Below are positions 17,211 to 28,545 of a stretch of 64,000 bases of DNA, piece after piece. Origin of the DNA: a virus; IMG/VR virus record IMGVR_UViG_3300022752_000023, positions 64,001-128,000 of that record; one strand, written 5' to 3'. The translations under genes were made by a program, and so were the position numbers. Under the pieces are notes generated by a model. That model searched no databases, had not been told where the DNA came from, and saw nothing but the letters and a program-made list of their open reading frames with translations. Position 1 is the stretch's first letter, and every line of letters begins with the position of its first letter.

Positions 17211-17290
17211 TCGCCGCCCCGCGCTGCCTAAGAGCATGAAGCCCGGAGGTTACGTGGCACGTAACCTTTCGGCAGACCGCAGGGCGGCGA
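17211..17290 (-). other. three-way-junction RNA structure / possible terminator at the end of the structural region
   Basis: TCGCCGCCCTGCG/CGCGGGGCGGCGA plus CTGCC/GGCAG stem enclosing two hairpins, followed by TTGCATTTTCCATTTT. Confidence 0.5.
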
Positions 17291-17320
17291 AAGATCGCAG
17301 CCTACGCGTGGCAGGTGCGG

Positions 17321-17623
17321 CTAGAAAGTCAGCTGCACAACTTGGCCTCCCGCGTTAATATACACAACGCGGATCTTTTTGGCGTCGAGCAGCGATTTGA
17401 GCTGTGTCTTTTTTTCCATACTTAAACCGGCAAGACACGATTTAATTTGAGCCATGGCGCTGCGGCGTTTTTCTTGTCGTTTTTGCGCGCACGCACTGCA
17501 ACCGTTACCGTTCGCCCGAAATAAATCGCGCTTGTTGTAAAAACAAGGGATGGACTCCGCGTACGTGGGGTCGTTCAGTAAAGATATTATTGTGCTGTCT
17601 TCGAGCACTACCATATCGCGCAT
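17321..17623 (-). CDS. hypothetical protein with CxxC
   Basis: GAGGT SD before ATG 17623; GCSAC motif. Confidence 0.7.
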   Translation of the reverse strand: MRDMVVLEDSTIISLLNDPTYAESIPCFYNKRDLFRANGNGCSACAQKRQEKRRSAMAQIKSCLAGLSMEKKTQLKSLLDAKKIRVVYINAGGQVVQLTF

Positions 17624-17630
17624 AACAACC

Positions 17631-18158
17631 TCACGGAGGCGGGGCTTGGACAGGCGGCGGACCGATCCATGTTTCTCCGCCCGGCAAAAGTGTGTCTGCA
17701 ATATCGAGCGTATCTTTGAGTCGTTGAACGTCTTCGACGACATCTTCGATAAACGCTTTGACTTCAGCGCGCGACCGTAGCAACACGTCGACATAGTTCA
17801 GTCGAAACCACGCCGGGCGATGATTCGGAATTGGGTCGTCTTCGGGATACTCTTCTAGATCGGTCGGGGAACATACGTGATCAAATGCGCCCACCTGTTC
17901 GTTTGCGCCCGGCTTGAGCGGCAGCATCTGGTACGCAAAGATCTTGGTTGGCATGTCTACGGCGTCACTGGCGGTAATGCGCACACGAATGCCGTCAGTC
18001 GTGTCAAAGTTATACCGGCTGACTTGCCACGAAAGTTTGACGCGGCGACCGTTATTGGGCGCAGGCGGCGGGTCGATATTGGGCGTGTAAAAATTCAGCC
18101 CGAGCGTTTCCGGTAATTCGATAATACCGTCGATTGGATCGGGTTGGCAGTTTGTCAT
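17631..18158 (-). CDS. hypothetical (probable virion) protein
   Basis: ATG 18158 with AGGA upstream; FDHVCSPTDLEEYPED.P motif. Confidence 0.7.
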   Translation of the reverse strand: MTNCQPDPIDGIIELPETLGLNFYTPNIDPPPAPNNGRRVKLSWQVSRYNFDTTDGIRVRITASDAVDMPTKIFAYQMLPLKPGANEQVGAFDHVCSPTDLEEYPEDDPIPNHRPAWFRLNYVDVLLRSRAEVKAFIEDVVEDVQRLKDTLDIADTLLPGGETWIGPPPVQAPPP

Positions 18159-18159
18159 G

Positions 18160-18438
18160 TTATTCCTGCTCCGGTAAAACGCGGGCGGCAACGTTAACAA
18201 TGCCCGGCGTGGTTGATCGCACGTACGCCAGTGCTAGACCCGCGTCGTCGGTTGGGCCCGGTTGTGTGATTTGAGCGGTGGGCACGTCGGCCACGATTTC
18301 TACTTGGCGGCCGGCGACGGGTCGATTCCAGTGGTCGCGTAACCGAATTTTGACTACCGCTGCTTTTACGCCGTTTGCGCGCACTTGCGGTTTCGAACCG
18401 TACAACAGCTTCGAGCGCGTCGGGCTTACGTAGCTCAT
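18160..18438 (-). CDS. stand-alone Ig-like (invasin/intimin Big-1-like) domain protein
   Basis: ANG...V.I.LRD..NRPVAG..V...TDDAGLA...VRSTTPG.V.V.A.V pattern. Confidence 0.7.
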   Translation of the reverse strand: MSYVSPTRSKLLYGSKPQVRANGVKAAVVKIRLRDHWNRPVAGRQVEIVADVPTAQITQPGPTDDAGLALAYVRSTTPGIVNVAARVLPEQE

Positions 18439-18803
18439 GGGTAGGTGTGCCTCTGCGGCGCCGTGCCGTCCGGTGGCGCATAATATATTGTAACACCCGT
18501 CGTTTCGTTGTTTGGTGTTTTAGCGACGAACTGAATAAATTGTCGCATCAGTTCTTGGTCGCTTTCTTTTGACGCGTTTAAAATATCAATAAACGCGGTC
18601 ACGCACGGCGTTAAAACGTTGTTATCCGCGCGGCAGCGACAACCACGTTCTTTTGCCGATTGATCGTAAGCAGCGTGGCAACTCTCGAATTTTTCTTTTA
18701 ACGCCAGCATTCCGGGGACGGCTGTAAAGAACGCATCCTGCCGCCCAAACTGCATTATGTTATCGCGGCTAATCGAAATCATGCGCGTAATACGCGGCGT
18801 CAT
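18435..18803 (-). CDS. hypothetical protein with GCRC motif
   Basis: 122 aa, GAGGA upstream. Confidence 0.7.
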   Translation of the reverse strand: MTPRITRMISISRDNIMQFGRQDAFFTAVPGMLALKEKFESCHAAYDQSAKERGCRCRADNNVLTPCVTAFIDILNASKESDQELMRQFIQFVAKTPNNETTGVTIYYAPPDGTAPQRHTYP

Positions 18804-18855
18804 AACGTGGTCCTCGGGGTTATGGTCGCATTCTAATCGGTATGTACAAATGACG

Positions 18856-19758
18856 CTATGCTTGTGCGGCGGCTTTAACGGCCGCGCGTAATGTCGCGTT
18901 TGTTTGTAGCTCAGAAATTAGCTGAGCTAACGTTAGTTCACCGTGCGGCCCTGTCGGCCCTGTGGCGCCCATGTTGCCGCACGGTCCCGTAGCGCCCGTA
19001 TGCCCCACCCCGCTCGGCCCGGTAACACCTTGCGGCCCGGCAGGGCCTGTAACGCCGCGTGGACCGGTCGCGCCCTGAATGCCGGTGGACCCCGCGGACC
19101 CGCGTTCGCCCGCCGGACCCCGAGACCCCGTCGCACCTTGCGGGCCTTGTGCGCCCTGCAGTCCGCGAGCGCCCTGCGGCCCCATTAAACCCTGCGGCCC
19201 AATTAAGCCCTGCGGGCCTTGCGCGCCCTGTGGACCGCGATCCCCCGTCGGACCAGTCTGCCCGCGGGGGCCGGTCGCTCCGGTCGCTCCGGTGACGCCG
19301 GTAGTCCCGGCGGGGCCGTTTGTGCCCGGCAGCCCGCGGGGGCCTGTCGGGCCTGTAGGGCCTGTGGGGCCTGTGGGGCTTCGCGGGCCGGTAGGACCTG
19401 CCGCGCCCGTAGGTCCGGTAGGACCTGTCGCGCCCATACGCCCAGTAGGACCTGCCGTGCCCGTAGCTCCCGTGGCGCCTGTTGTACCGGTGACCCCTGT
19501 CATGCCAGTTACGCCGATTCTCCCGGTCGGCCCGGTCAGTCCGGTTGCGCCTCTGTCCCCTTTGTTTCCCGTGGTTCCCTGCGGCCCTTGCGGTCCGCGC
19601 GCGCCAGCCGGACCCGTCGGACCGATTGGTCCCGGATCTCCTTGTGGCCCTTGCGGGCCCGCGGGACACACGCCGCAGCCGTTGGTATTAGCCAGCGGCG
19701 AACCGCCATACGGCACGAACTCAATCTGGTCGTCGTCGTTATTTAACTGGTCTGTCAT
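18856..19758 (-). CDS. collagen-like fibre protein
   Basis: Almost entirely Gly-X-Y triplets (GPT, GAT, GPQ). Confidence 0.9.
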   Translation of the reverse strand: MTDQLNNDDDQIEFVPYGGSPLANTNGCGVCPAGPQGPQGDPGPIGPTGPAGARGPQGPQGTTGNKGDRGATGLTGPTGRIGVTGMTGVTGTTGATGATGTAGPTGRMGATGPTGPTGAAGPTGPRSPTGPTGPTGPTGPRGLPGTNGPAGTTGVTGATGATGPRGQTGPTGDRGPQGAQGPQGLIGPQGLMGPQGARGLQGAQGPQGATGSRGPAGERGSAGSTGIQGATGPRGVTGPAGPQGVTGPSGVGHTGATGPCGNMGATGPTGPHGELTLAQLISELQTNATLRAAVKAAAQA

Positions 19759-19759
19759 G

Positions 19760-22700
19760 TTATGTATTTAAAATTGCGCGCAACGCGTTTTGGAGGTTTG
19801 TGTTTGACCCGAGCTGCGCAATAAATTCATTTAAAAACGCGGACGATTTAACGAGTTCGGCAACGTTAATTGTGATACTGCCGTTGATGTTATTTGTGTT
19901 TGCGGTAATTGTACCGCTACCGAACGCCGCTGGTGTAAATGTAATTATACCGCTTGTCGGTATCGCGCCGGTTGCGCCCTGCGGGCCTGTTGCGCCAGTA
20001 GCGCCTACATTTCCGCACGGGCCTGTCGCGCCGTTCGCGCCCGCCGGACCCCGAGACCCAGTCGCACCTTGCGGTCCTGTGTCGCCGCGCGGACCTCGCG
20101 GGCCGACAGGCCCTGTTACACCACGCAGCCCCTTTTCGCCTGTTAAACCTGTAACGCCGGTTGCGCCCTGCGGCCCGGGCAAGCCTGTACAGCCGGTTGC
20201 ACCTTGCGGGCCAGTTTGTCCCGTTATACCGGTTGCGCCGGTAATGCCGTCTAAATAAACAACTGTTTCTGTTCCATCTAAAACAACTACCGCGCCGCGT
20301 GGACCGGTCGCGCCGCGCATACGACCAAGATAAGTCCAGTAACCGGGCACAACATCGTCGGCGCCGCGCCACACATATGTAAACGTGTTTAGATGATCCA
20401 GCGGGTCATCGTTTAATTCGATTGACCACGCGTCGCCCGCTCTAGGTGTCTGACTAACCCCAGCTTGATTTATTATTTTTGTCGGCAAATCGTCGACCGA
20501 ATATAGCGGCGTTAGGTAAAATGTTTGATCTGACGGCGTGGCTGTCCAGATATAAGTACCAGAATAAGCAGGTAACGGGTTTTCAATTAGACAGCCAAGC
20601 TCGCCAATTTTGTTGATGTCGCCGTTAATAAGAACTTGCGCAATAACTGCCGTAAACTCTTCACTAAATTCTCTGTTTTCATCAATAACAGCTTTTACTG
20701 TGTCGCAGTCGTACAGCGCATTATTGCCAATGTAAAACCAACCAGATTCTTCTGTAGTTGTTTTGGTGTTGCAAAAAAGGCCGTCGGGGGACAGCGGCAA
20801 ATAAATGTACGCGTCGCCTTCCTGCGCGGGATATTTCGCGTTGCGAAACGCCGCACTTGCAATGAATTTTACTTCCGGGTCTTCTATTGCGTTTATTTGC
20901 TCATAAAATTCGTTGGTTTTTTGGGCCCCGCGGGCCGATAGATATACAACACTGCCGCGAACAAACGGCGCGCGTGCATTGCTATTCGGGTTGTTGCGGT
21001 TCGAACCGCTATGTCCAAATTTATAAGGAAAGTCATACGCGACACCGAGCATGCGTACACCCACAGCGTCAGTGCCGTTGCGGCCGTCGCGGCCGCGTCT
21101 ACCGCCGGCCGGGCCTTGCGGCCCGGCCGGGCCTCTGGCGCCGGTGGCCCCGGTGGCGCCAGCGACTCCTGTCGCGCCTTTGGGGCCGGTATAGCCAGTT
21201 AAACCGCGGACGCCTGTCGCGCCGGCGGGCCCTTGCGCGCCGTTAGTGCCGTTTATACCCGCAGGGCCTGTGGCACCAGTCGCGCCGCTTGGTCCGGTTA
21301 TACCTCGGGGCCCCGTCAAGCCGGCGGGGCCTTGCGGGCCTGTTGCGCCTTGCGCGCCGGTATTACCTCTTGGCCCGGCGGAGCCGGCCCGACCGGCTGG
21401 GCCTTGCGGGCCTGTTGCGCCCCTATTTCCTGCGGGGCCTGTAGGGCCTGTTGGGCCTGTTGGGCCCTGACTACCTGTGGCGCCAGTCGCGCCGCGAGCG
21501 CCTGTCGCGCCGGCGGCGCCAGCATCGCCTGTACAACCCGTCGGCCCCGTTTCGCCTTGCGGTCCAATAATACTAATACCGGGAACGCCCTGCGGACCGA
21601 TGGCGCCGGTGTCACCCTTCTCGCCCTTTTCTCCCTTTTCGCCTTTAAGTCCTTGCGGCCCCTGCATACCCTCCATGCCCGTAAACCCTTGCGGGCCGCG
21701 GGGGCCGGGAACACCTTGATTGCCTTTATCGCCTTTATCGCCTTTATCGCCTTTTTCTCCTTGATCGCCTTTATCGCCTTTATCGCCTTTATTGCCTTTA
21801 TCGCCTTTTTCTCCTTGATCGCCTTTTTCTCCTTGATTACCGGCTGGTCCCGTCGGGCCCTGTTCACACTTACCGCCACCACCGCCGCCGCTGCTGCTGC
21901 TTGGACAAGCTGTTGTGTTTAAATTAATGTTAACCGTTAATTCGCCGCTCTCTAAGTTGTAGTCAATCGTGCCTGTGCCTATTCCGGTTGGTGTAATGTT
22001 TACTGTGCCGCCAGATACACCGGTCGGAATATACGCGTAGCCGCCGACTTTGTACTTACACCAATCGGTTTCAAGTAGGTCGACAAAAATTTCTGGTGTG
22101 CCGCCGCCGTACGGCCGCATTTCTATGTGGCTGCCTTCAAATGTTGGTACACATGGTTTTGGGACATAGATACCCAGTTCAATGTCGTAAATACACGTAG
22201 GCGGCTCATCAGGCGACGAGCCTTCAATAGGTGTCGGTAGCACACTCGCCGTGCCGTATGGGTCGCCGTCTGTTTCTACAACATCAACATTAACTCTAAT
22301 TTCTGGGCACGGCGCCGGCGGGCACTTTGGTATCCAGATGTACGGCGTCAGCTTGAACTCACAAAGATCAAGCTGCTCTACCAGAATCTCAGCGCGCGGC
22401 TCGATGCCGCAGCCCGTCAGCGCAATACCCTCACTGCCGTGGATCTTCGGAATACACGGTTTTGGTATCCCGATATACAGCGGCAATACAACGTCGCAGA
22501 AATAGCCCGGATCAAAATTGAACACCGGGCCGGCGGCGAACGCGTACGGATCGGCCTGCGGCGGCAAGACGTTCATGTCCACCACGAGCGATACAGTCGT
22601 GCATGGTGGTTTTGGAATCGGAATAAACAGCTCAATATCAATTTCGTAACAACATACTGGCGGATCGTTTGTGCCGCGTTTTTCGTCGTATTCGGCGCAT

Positions 22701-25120
22701 TTTTGGATATCAAATTTGATTTGTTGCTGTACGTCGTACCCAACGGCTGACTGCAGATTTTTTACTCTGAATTGTGTGCACGGCGGCCGCGGTGTTGGAA
22801 TATCAATGTGTATATCAAACAAAAAGTTGCACGTGCCGGGGTCGTCGCATGTCGGCGGCGTTGGGACGGGGAAGAGGTTGAAAAAGCTAAGCGTGTTACT
22901 CAACCGGCCACCCGGGCCGTCTTGATAATGACTGTTGACGGTTAAAAAACGTGAAATGATCGGGCAGCGCGGACGAGGAATAGGCACTACGATTTCGAGT
23001 TCAATTTCAAAATCGCAGCGTTCTGGTTGATCGCAGCCCGCCGCCGGTGTCGGATTTTTTGTAATCTCAAAACGCGACTGCCCGGTCGCGCAACTTGTGC
23101 CCGCAAAACCTGTTTTAACTGTAAACAGTTTTTTTGTGATCTCAATGCACGGTGGCGGCGGGATCGGTACGACAATTTCTAGTTCGACGTCAAAATTGCA
23201 TTGATTTGGTGTGTTGCAGTCACCTTCTTGAGGGTCTGGAGTAATTTCAAAACGATTTGTTTTGCCTTGTACGCAAACAGAATTACTAAAACCTGTTGAT
23301 ACTTCAAATGTTTTGACATTAATGTTTGGACACGGCGGCTGCGGAATTGGCACATCAATTGTCAACTCAACGTCAAATTGACACTGATCTGGTGTATTGC
23401 AATCTCCGTCTATATGGTTCGGCGCAATCTCAAACTTTGAACTGCTGTTTGTGTCGCAATTTGGGTCGTCATATTTGACATTAACTTCAAATTTTGTGGT
23501 GTTAATTATTGGACAAAACGGGCGCGGAATTGGGACGATAATTTCTAGCTCGACGTCGAAGTTGCATTGATTTGGTGTATTGCAGTCACCTTCTTGCGGG
23601 TCGGGCGTGATTGTGAACGTTGACCCGCGTTGCGTGCATGTAGCGTCACTAAAACCCGTAATAACGTTTAACGTCGGCGGGTTAATTACCGGACACGGCG
23701 TGCGCGGAATTGGGACGACAATTTCTAGCTCGACGTCGAAAGCGCATTGATCGTGATTATTGCAGTCTCCCAGTGTGTGATTTGGAGTGATCGTAAAAGT
23801 TGAGCCGCCTTCCGCACAGGACGAATCACTAAAACCGGTTTTTACTGCAAGCTTTGATGCGTTAATTATTGGGCAAAACGGCCGCGGAATTGGAATGTTA
23901 ATTTCAAGTTCGACGTCAAATTCGCAGCGGTCTGGGTTGTTGCAGTCGCCGCGTGTGTGGTTTGGACTAATGACAAACCTTGACGGATCCACAGAGCAAG
24001 CGCCATCATTAAACGATGTCGTGATGCTCAGTATGGGTTGATTAATTGTCGGGCACGGGGTACGCGGGATCGGTACATTAATTTCAAGTTCAAAATTAAA
24101 TTCGCACTGCTCGGGTGTATTGCAGTCGCCGGCTACGTGATTTGTTGTGATTTCAAATCGGTTTTGATTTGCTCCGTTAACGCAAGCAAAGTCGGAAAAA
24201 CCTGTCCTGAAAATGAGGGTTGGCGGATTTAAAATCGGGCACGGCGTACGCGGAATAGGAATCAAAAGCTCAAGCTCAACGTCAAATTGACATTGATCCG
24301 GCGTGTTGCAGGCGGTGTTGCCGGGTGTGTGGTTCGGCGTGATGCTAAAAAAGTTTTGCTTATCGTCTAGGCAGGGCGAATCAGAAAAACCGCTGTCGAC
24401 CGAAAATTTTATGAGATTGATTGATGGGCACGGGGTGCGCGGAATGGGTATAGCGATTTCAAGTTCGACCTCAAACTGGCACGGGTCATCTGTAGTGCAG
24501 TTGCCCGGCGTAATAACAGGGTTAATCGAAAATTTGTTTTGCTTACCTAGCAGGCACACGTCATCTGCGTACCCTAAGTACACACCAAAATCGGCTATAA
24601 AAATTTGCGGGCACGGTGTTTTGGGTACCGGGATTTGAAGGTCCAAATCAATAACAAATTCGCACTGATCAGGCGTATTGCAGTCGCCCGGGGTAATGAT
24701 CGGCGTGACGCGAATTTCGCTTCTGGGTGTAATGCAGTCTTGATAACCAACTTCAAGGCCAAACTCACCGGCCGTAATTGTCGGGCACGGCGTACGCGGG
24801 ATCGGGATATTGATATCAAGCGCGACGTCGTAGCGGCACGGATCAATATCTTGTCGCGTAATTGTCAGTTCGTTTTTTGGCGGCGGACAGCCGTCGTTGC
24901 CCTCGTCGACAAAGTTGACGCCGATAGATGTCAGCGTCGAAAAATCTGGACAGCGTGTGCCGACCTCTGTCGGGGGCTCGCGCGGAATGATTGGCGCTTG
25001 GCACCCGTAGATCGGCGGCGGTAGCGGTTCAATTTCGCAGATTGACGAAATAAAATCGAAATCCACCTTCGGGGTGGGCTCAATCGGGCACTGCGAATTT
25101 TTGAAAAGATTTTCGAGCAT
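19760..25120 (-). CDS. large fibre protein with Cys-rich tandem domains and two collagen-like segments
   Basis: 1786 aa; ~60-65 aa repeats PIPRTPCP...[17 protein letters not shown] followed by Gly-X-Y blocks. Confidence 0.85.
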   Translation of the reverse strand: MLENLFKNSQCPIEPTPKVDFDFISSICEIEPLPPPIYGCQAPIIPREPPTEVGTRCPDFSTLTSIGVNFVDEGNDGCPPPKNELTITRQDIDPCRYDVALDINIPIPRTPCPTITAGEFGLEVGYQDCITPRSEIRVTPIITPGDCNTPDQCEFVIDLDLQIPVPKTPCPQIFIADFGVYLGYADDVCLLGKQNKFSINPVITPGNCTTDDPCQFEVELEIAIPIPRTPCPSINLIKFSVDSGFSDSPCLDDKQNFFSITPNHTPGNTACNTPDQCQFDVELELLIPIPRTPCPILNPPTLIFRTGFSDFACVNGANQNRFEITTNHVAGDCNTPEQCEFNFELEINVPIPRTPCPTINQPILSITTSFNDGACSVDPSRFVISPNHTRGDCNNPDRCEFDVELEINIPIPRPFCPIINASKLAVKTGFSDSSCAEGGSTFTITPNHTLGDCNNHDQCAFDVELEIVVPIPRTPCPVINPPTLNVITGFSDATCTQRGSTFTITPDPQEGDCNTPNQCNFDVELEIIVPIPRPFCPIINTTKFEVNVKYDDPNCDTNSSSKFEIAPNHIDGDCNTPDQCQFDVELTIDVPIPQPPCPNINVKTFEVSTGFSNSVCVQGKTNRFEITPDPQEGDCNTPNQCNFDVELEIVVPIPPPPCIEITKKLFTVKTGFAGTSCATGQSRFEITKNPTPAAGCDQPERCDFEIELEIVVPIPRPRCPIISRFLTVNSHYQDGPGGRLSNTLSFFNLFPVPTPPTCDDPGTCNFLFDIHIDIPTPRPPCTQFRVKNLQSAVGYDVQQQIKFDIQKCAEYDEKRGTNDPPVCCYEIDIELFIPIPKPPCTTVSLVVDMNVLPPQADPYAFAAGPVFNFDPGYFCDVVLPLYIGIPKPCIPKIHGSEGIALTGCGIEPRAEILVEQLDLCEFKLTPYIWIPKCPPAPCPEIRVNVDVVETDGDPYGTASVLPTPIEGSSPDEPPTCIYDIELGIYVPKPCVPTFEGSHIEMRPYGGGTPEIFVDLLETDWCKYKVGGYAYIPTGVSGGTVNITPTGIGTGTIDYNLESGELTVNINLNTTACPSSSSGGGGGGKCEQGPTGPAGNQGEKGDQGEKGDKGNKGDKGDKGDQGEKGDKGDKGDKGNQGVPGPRGPQGFTGMEGMQGPQGLKGEKGEKGEKGDTGAIGPQGVPGISIIGPQGETGPTGCTGDAGAAGATGARGATGATGSQGPTGPTGPTGPAGNRGATGPQGPAGRAGSAGPRGNTGAQGATGPQGPAGLTGPRGITGPSGATGATGPAGINGTNGAQGPAGATGVRGLTGYTGPKGATGVAGATGATGARGPAGPQGPAGGRRGRDGRNGTDAVGVRMLGVAYDFPYKFGHSGSNRNNPNSNARAPFVRGSVVYLSARGAQKTNEFYEQINAIEDPEVKFIASAAFRNAKYPAQEGDAYIYLPLSPDGLFCNTKTTTEESGWFYIGNNALYDCDTVKAVIDENREFSEEFTAVIAQVLINGDINKIGELGCLIENPLPAYSGTYIWTATPSDQTFYLTPLYSVDDLPTKIINQAGVSQTPRAGDAWSIELNDDPLDHLNTFTYVWRGADDVVPGYWTYLGRMRGATGPRGAVVVLDGTETVVYLDGITGATGITGQTGPQGATGCTGLPGPQGATGVTGLTGEKGLRGVTGPVGPRGPRGDTGPQGATGSRGPAGANGATGPCGNVGATGATGPQGATGAIPTSGIITFTPAAFGSGTITANTNNINGSITINVAELVKSSAFLNEFIAQLGSNTNLQNALRAILNT
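21715..21836. repeat. 9-bp coding tandem repeat (Gly-Asp/Glu/Asn-Lys/Gln)
   Basis: Repeated gcctttatc/gcctttttc/tccttgatc units. Confidence 0.85.
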
Positions 25121-25121
25121 G

Positions 25122-26033
25122 TTAGGTGCAGTTAACTTGTGCGTTTGGTTTCTTTTGTACAGTGATTGTCCCGTCGTCGATCAGGATGTTAACGCCAGCG
25201 CCGCCGATTATGTTTACGTTTGCTCCGCCGACGCCGTTGATCGTTGAGATGATCTCGTTGCACGCGGGGCCGCCACTGTAGAATTTGCTGTCGGGCGGCA
25301 ACGGCTCGTTGGGGTATAGCGGTAATTCTCCATTATTTTGGCATAACTCGTCGCTTGTCGCGCCGGCACCAGCGCCCTTAGCCGCGGTCACAGCGAGTTC
25401 GTTTGCTCGGTCTGTTTGCGTAATCAGACAGTTATACCCGTCTTTTAATCTAATGTCGCCCTTCATGCAGCGCGCGTTTAGCAGAATCGGGCGCGCATCG
25501 TTTGTGCTGGGTGCGTCGCACGGCGGCACCGTAACCCGCGCGTAATTACCGACACTGATCGAACGCAAATACGTTTTGTTTAAATTCTGAATGCGGCTTG
25601 GCTCGACTTGATAATCGTTCGGTTGCAGTGTCCAAATACCGTTGACAGCCGCGCTCGCGAACGTGGCTGTTAATTTCTCTAACGGCCCGGTCACTAAAAA
25701 CCCAGACCAAATCGGTTCTTCTGCGCACGGGTTTGCGACATCTGCAGCCGACTCGCTGTGTTCTAACGCCCACTCGCCGGAATCGGACCGCGTGAACGAT
25801 ATCGTTGTGTTACTGGCATTTGTGCTGAACACAAACTCGAACAAGCTGCCGGTTTTTTTAACTGCCGACAACCACACCGTGTGCGCAGTTTCTTCGTAGT
25901 GCGCGTCTAACCCCATGATAAAACCGGCGTCAAGAATTGCGCTGGTCGGCAAGGCTGGTAGGGTAGCGGGCTTGTTGTAGATAAACGGATACGCGCGATA
26001 TTCGTTATCGTTGTAAAATCCGGGACGTGGCAT
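25122..26033 (-). CDS. virion structural protein, YP/ING paralogue
   Basis: FYNDNEYRAYPF N-terminus, ISTINGV C-terminal motif. Confidence 0.75.
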   Translation of the reverse strand: MPRPGFYNDNEYRAYPFIYNKPATLPALPTSAILDAGFIMGLDAHYEETAHTVWLSAVKKTGSLFEFVFSTNASNTTISFTRSDSGEWALEHSESAADVANPCAEEPIWSGFLVTGPLEKLTATFASAAVNGIWTLQPNDYQVEPSRIQNLNKTYLRSISVGNYARVTVPPCDAPSTNDARPILLNARCMKGDIRLKDGYNCLITQTDRANELAVTAAKGAGAGATSDELCQNNGELPLYPNEPLPPDSKFYSGGPACNEIISTINGVGGANVNIIGGAGVNILIDDGTITVQKKPNAQVNCT

Positions 26034-26812
26034 TAGATCACGCTCCTACCAACAGTATCGACAACAATTGTCTCGCCGTCAGGATAAATTCGCAACACGG
26101 CGTCTGGCGCCGCTTGATTTGTTGCGGTGAACGTAAAATTGCCGAACTCGTCCGGCCCGCACCCGTTGATGGTTTTTAAGTATCGCTTGTTCGGAAAATC
26201 GGCGCCCTGCTGCGGTTCGCAGAGAAAGCGACGAAATAACGGAACGCCGACGATATCGATACGAATGACGTGCGGCCCTTCTTGTCGCAGTACTACACCT
26301 TGATCGCCAACAAACCATATGTCGCCGGTAAGAAACTGCTTTGTCTCCGGGCGAATTGCGCGTACGCCCGGCTCATTGGCTGGAATAACGACACTACTTA
26401 CAAATTCAGTTTGATCTATTTCAAACGTGTAAGTACCGGTACCCCAACCAGAGAAGCGCGCTAACGCCGTTGGCGTCGACAGCAGCATGCCAGCGGGGCG
26501 ACCATACTGATCTTCAAAAAGCAACACGCCGTCTGTCGGCGGACTCAATGGGTTGTAGGTCGCTGCAACTCTCGCGCTTAGTTCTTCGTCGCCAACGTTG
26601 ATAATCACGCTCTGTGGCGCAATAACGATTGACGATATGTACACGCGTTGAAAACCACCAATGATAAAAAACGACGCGTCTATGAACGTATCCGGCGCAA
26701 TCTGTATCTCCGCCGCCGTCTCGCTTTGAAGACCGGCTGAATCGGCAAACGGGTAGCGCGAAGCTTCTTGTTCGTCGCGAAATTCTGGAAATAGGATACG
26801 TGCGCCAGACAT
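26033..26812 (-). CDS. virion structural protein, YP/ING paralogue
   Basis: FRDEQEASRYPF, LKTINGCGPDEFGNF. Confidence 0.75.
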   Translation of the reverse strand: MSGARILFPEFRDEQEASRYPFADSAGLQSETAAEIQIAPDTFIDASFFIIGGFQRVYISSIVIAPQSVIINVGDEELSARVAATYNPLSPPTDGVLLFEDQYGRPAGMLLSTPTALARFSGWGTGTYTFEIDQTEFVSSVVIPANEPGVRAIRPETKQFLTGDIWFVGDQGVVLRQEGPHVIRIDIVGVPLFRRFLCEPQQGADFPNKRYLKTINGCGPDEFGNFTFTATNQAAPDAVLRIYPDGETIVVDTVGRSVI

Positions 26813-28542
26813 TATTGCACCACAAATTTGTTAAAAAACGTCGACGCTTGATTTGTGAACAAACCAATCGAGCCTGTTACTTCGCCGGGGTTGCTCAGGC
26901 TGGTTGTCCCGCTGACCGGATGCTCGCCGTTCAGCTCAGCTACCGAGAATGTCACTACAAGGCTGCTTCCGCTGAGTGCAAGACTGGCATACATTCTGTA
27001 CCACGTGTTAACTTTTGAGTTGTAGTTCACGGATAATTCGTCAACAAATACGCTGCCGTTGTATCGCAACACGCGCACTTTGCCGCGCGTGCTATCGAGC
27101 ATTACGACGACGTATCTCGTGACCACTTGACCCAGCTCAAGCGTTTGCACGTAATTCAACACAAGACCGCCGTTTCGTGCGGCGCCGTTTGTGCCTAATT
27201 TGAATTCGGTCATGATCGACTTGTTAAGCGCCCAATCTGTCGCACAGTTTTTGAGTACGGCGATATTGGTTCCACCGATACCCGTCGACAGGTAAGTACC
27301 GTGATTCGTAAGAAGCGCGCCTATATTTGAGTCAAACTCGCCGGGATCGCAATTTCCGCAGGTCGGGGGTGCGAGCGTTTCCTGCGACGAAAAGATGCCG
27401 TTTTTGGTAACAAAATACGCGCTTGGCTGACATGACGCAAAATCAATACATAACGGCGTTGGCATGCAGGCGTAATCTGGCGTATCAAGTGTTTCGTCTA
27501 CAACGAGATCAATCGCTTCGGTCGGATCTGGCCAACAGTATTCATCAATGACAATGTCTGTTTCGGCGTAGTTTGAACCATCCCAGCGGTACACGTTGTT
27601 TGTATCAAAAGCTAAATACAGCCGATTGAGTTCGCCGGCCGGCGGGAAGGAAGCACGGTTTGCGTATACGGTGATGTTTTCGCCCGTAGGCTCGCAGCAC
27701 AGATCTTGAAACTCTTGCGGCTGTTTTGGTTTATTGGCGTCGCATACGGCGCTCAACCCGGTGTCAGTCACGATGTCCGCGCCGCCGCAGTTTGCAAAGT
27801 TGATGGCGTTAAACCCATCAAAAACAATATCAATGTTCCCGTCACAATCGGGGGCGACGCCATTGATTGTTTCAATCGGTGTCTTCGGGCACGTCCCGCT
27901 TTCTGGGCGCTGCGCACACGGCCCAAGAAACGTTGCCAGCGGGTTATAGTCGCCCGTGACAAGAGAACTATCCAACCTGAATACAACGGCGGGGTACTCT
28001 ACTGAGTCGTACTGAATTGTTTCGTACTTCGCTATGACCGGCGACGTACCAATTACATTCACGACGCCCTGCAAAGATGTACCCAAATTGATTTTGCCAA
28101 TGGTGGGTATAGGTAACGGCCGATATGGGCGTGCGTTTCTCGGCTGTACTAATGTTTGACGCGCGGTACTGTAGCGCCCCACAAATGGCGTGTCGACGCC
28201 GGGCCCGAATACAACCCACCCAGATACTGCACCAGCGATTGGCGTGATGGCGTAGTTAACGTACGGCGCCGCCGGTTGCGGCACTGACACCGCGCACACC
28301 GTCTGGCCGCTGTCATCTACATTGTCAACGGCGCCAAACAACACCGTGACAATACCGGCCGATACAGTGAGGCCCTGTACGTAGAGATATGTGCCAAGAG
28401 ACGCCGGGAAACGAATGTGGCAGTCGACAATGATATCTTCACGAATAAACTCGCCGCGGTCGTCCACGCCCGTAGAAATATCATCGAGCGGATATCGCCG
28501 TGTCGATTGCAGGTTGTACCAGTTTTGATTGCGGATAGACAT
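26812..28542 (-). CDS. virion structural protein, YP/ING paralogue with beta-rich C-terminal domain
   Basis: WYNLQSTRRYPL, IETINGVAPDCDGNI. Confidence 0.75.
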   Translation of the reverse strand: MSIRNQNWYNLQSTRRYPLDDISTGVDDRGEFIREDIIVDCHIRFPASLGTYLYVQGLTVSAGIVTVLFGAVDNVDDSGQTVCAVSVPQPAAPYVNYAITPIAGAVSGWVVFGPGVDTPFVGRYSTARQTLVQPRNARPYRPLPIPTIGKINLGTSLQGVVNVIGTSPVIAKYETIQYDSVEYPAVVFRLDSSLVTGDYNPLATFLGPCAQRPESGTCPKTPIETINGVAPDCDGNIDIVFDGFNAINFANCGGADIVTDTGLSAVCDANKPKQPQEFQDLCCEPTGENITVYANRASFPPAGELNRLYLAFDTNNVYRWDGSNYAETDIVIDEYCWPDPTEAIDLVVDETLDTPDYACMPTPLCIDFASCQPSAYFVTKNGIFSSQETLAPPTCGNCDPGEFDSNIGALLTNHGTYLSTGIGGTNIAVLKNCATDWALNKSIMTEFKLGTNGAARNGGLVLNYVQTLELGQVVTRYVVVMLDSTRGKVRVLRYNGSVFVDELSVNYNSKVNTWYRMYASLALSGSSLVVTFSVAELNGEHPVSGTTSLSNPGEVTGSIGLFTNQASTFFNKFVVQ

Positions 28543-28545
28543 GAT

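Noticed and set aside
17211-17290. Hammerhead ribozyme
   Set aside because: GAAA-stem-UC is present but the CUGANGA core is absent on both strands
21715-21836. Possible CRISPR array
   Set aside because: Contiguous 9-bp coding repeats with no spacers; no cas genes
18933-21922. Alternative-frame ORFs over the collagen regions
   Set aside because: GC-rich Gly-X-Y repeats lack stops in other frames
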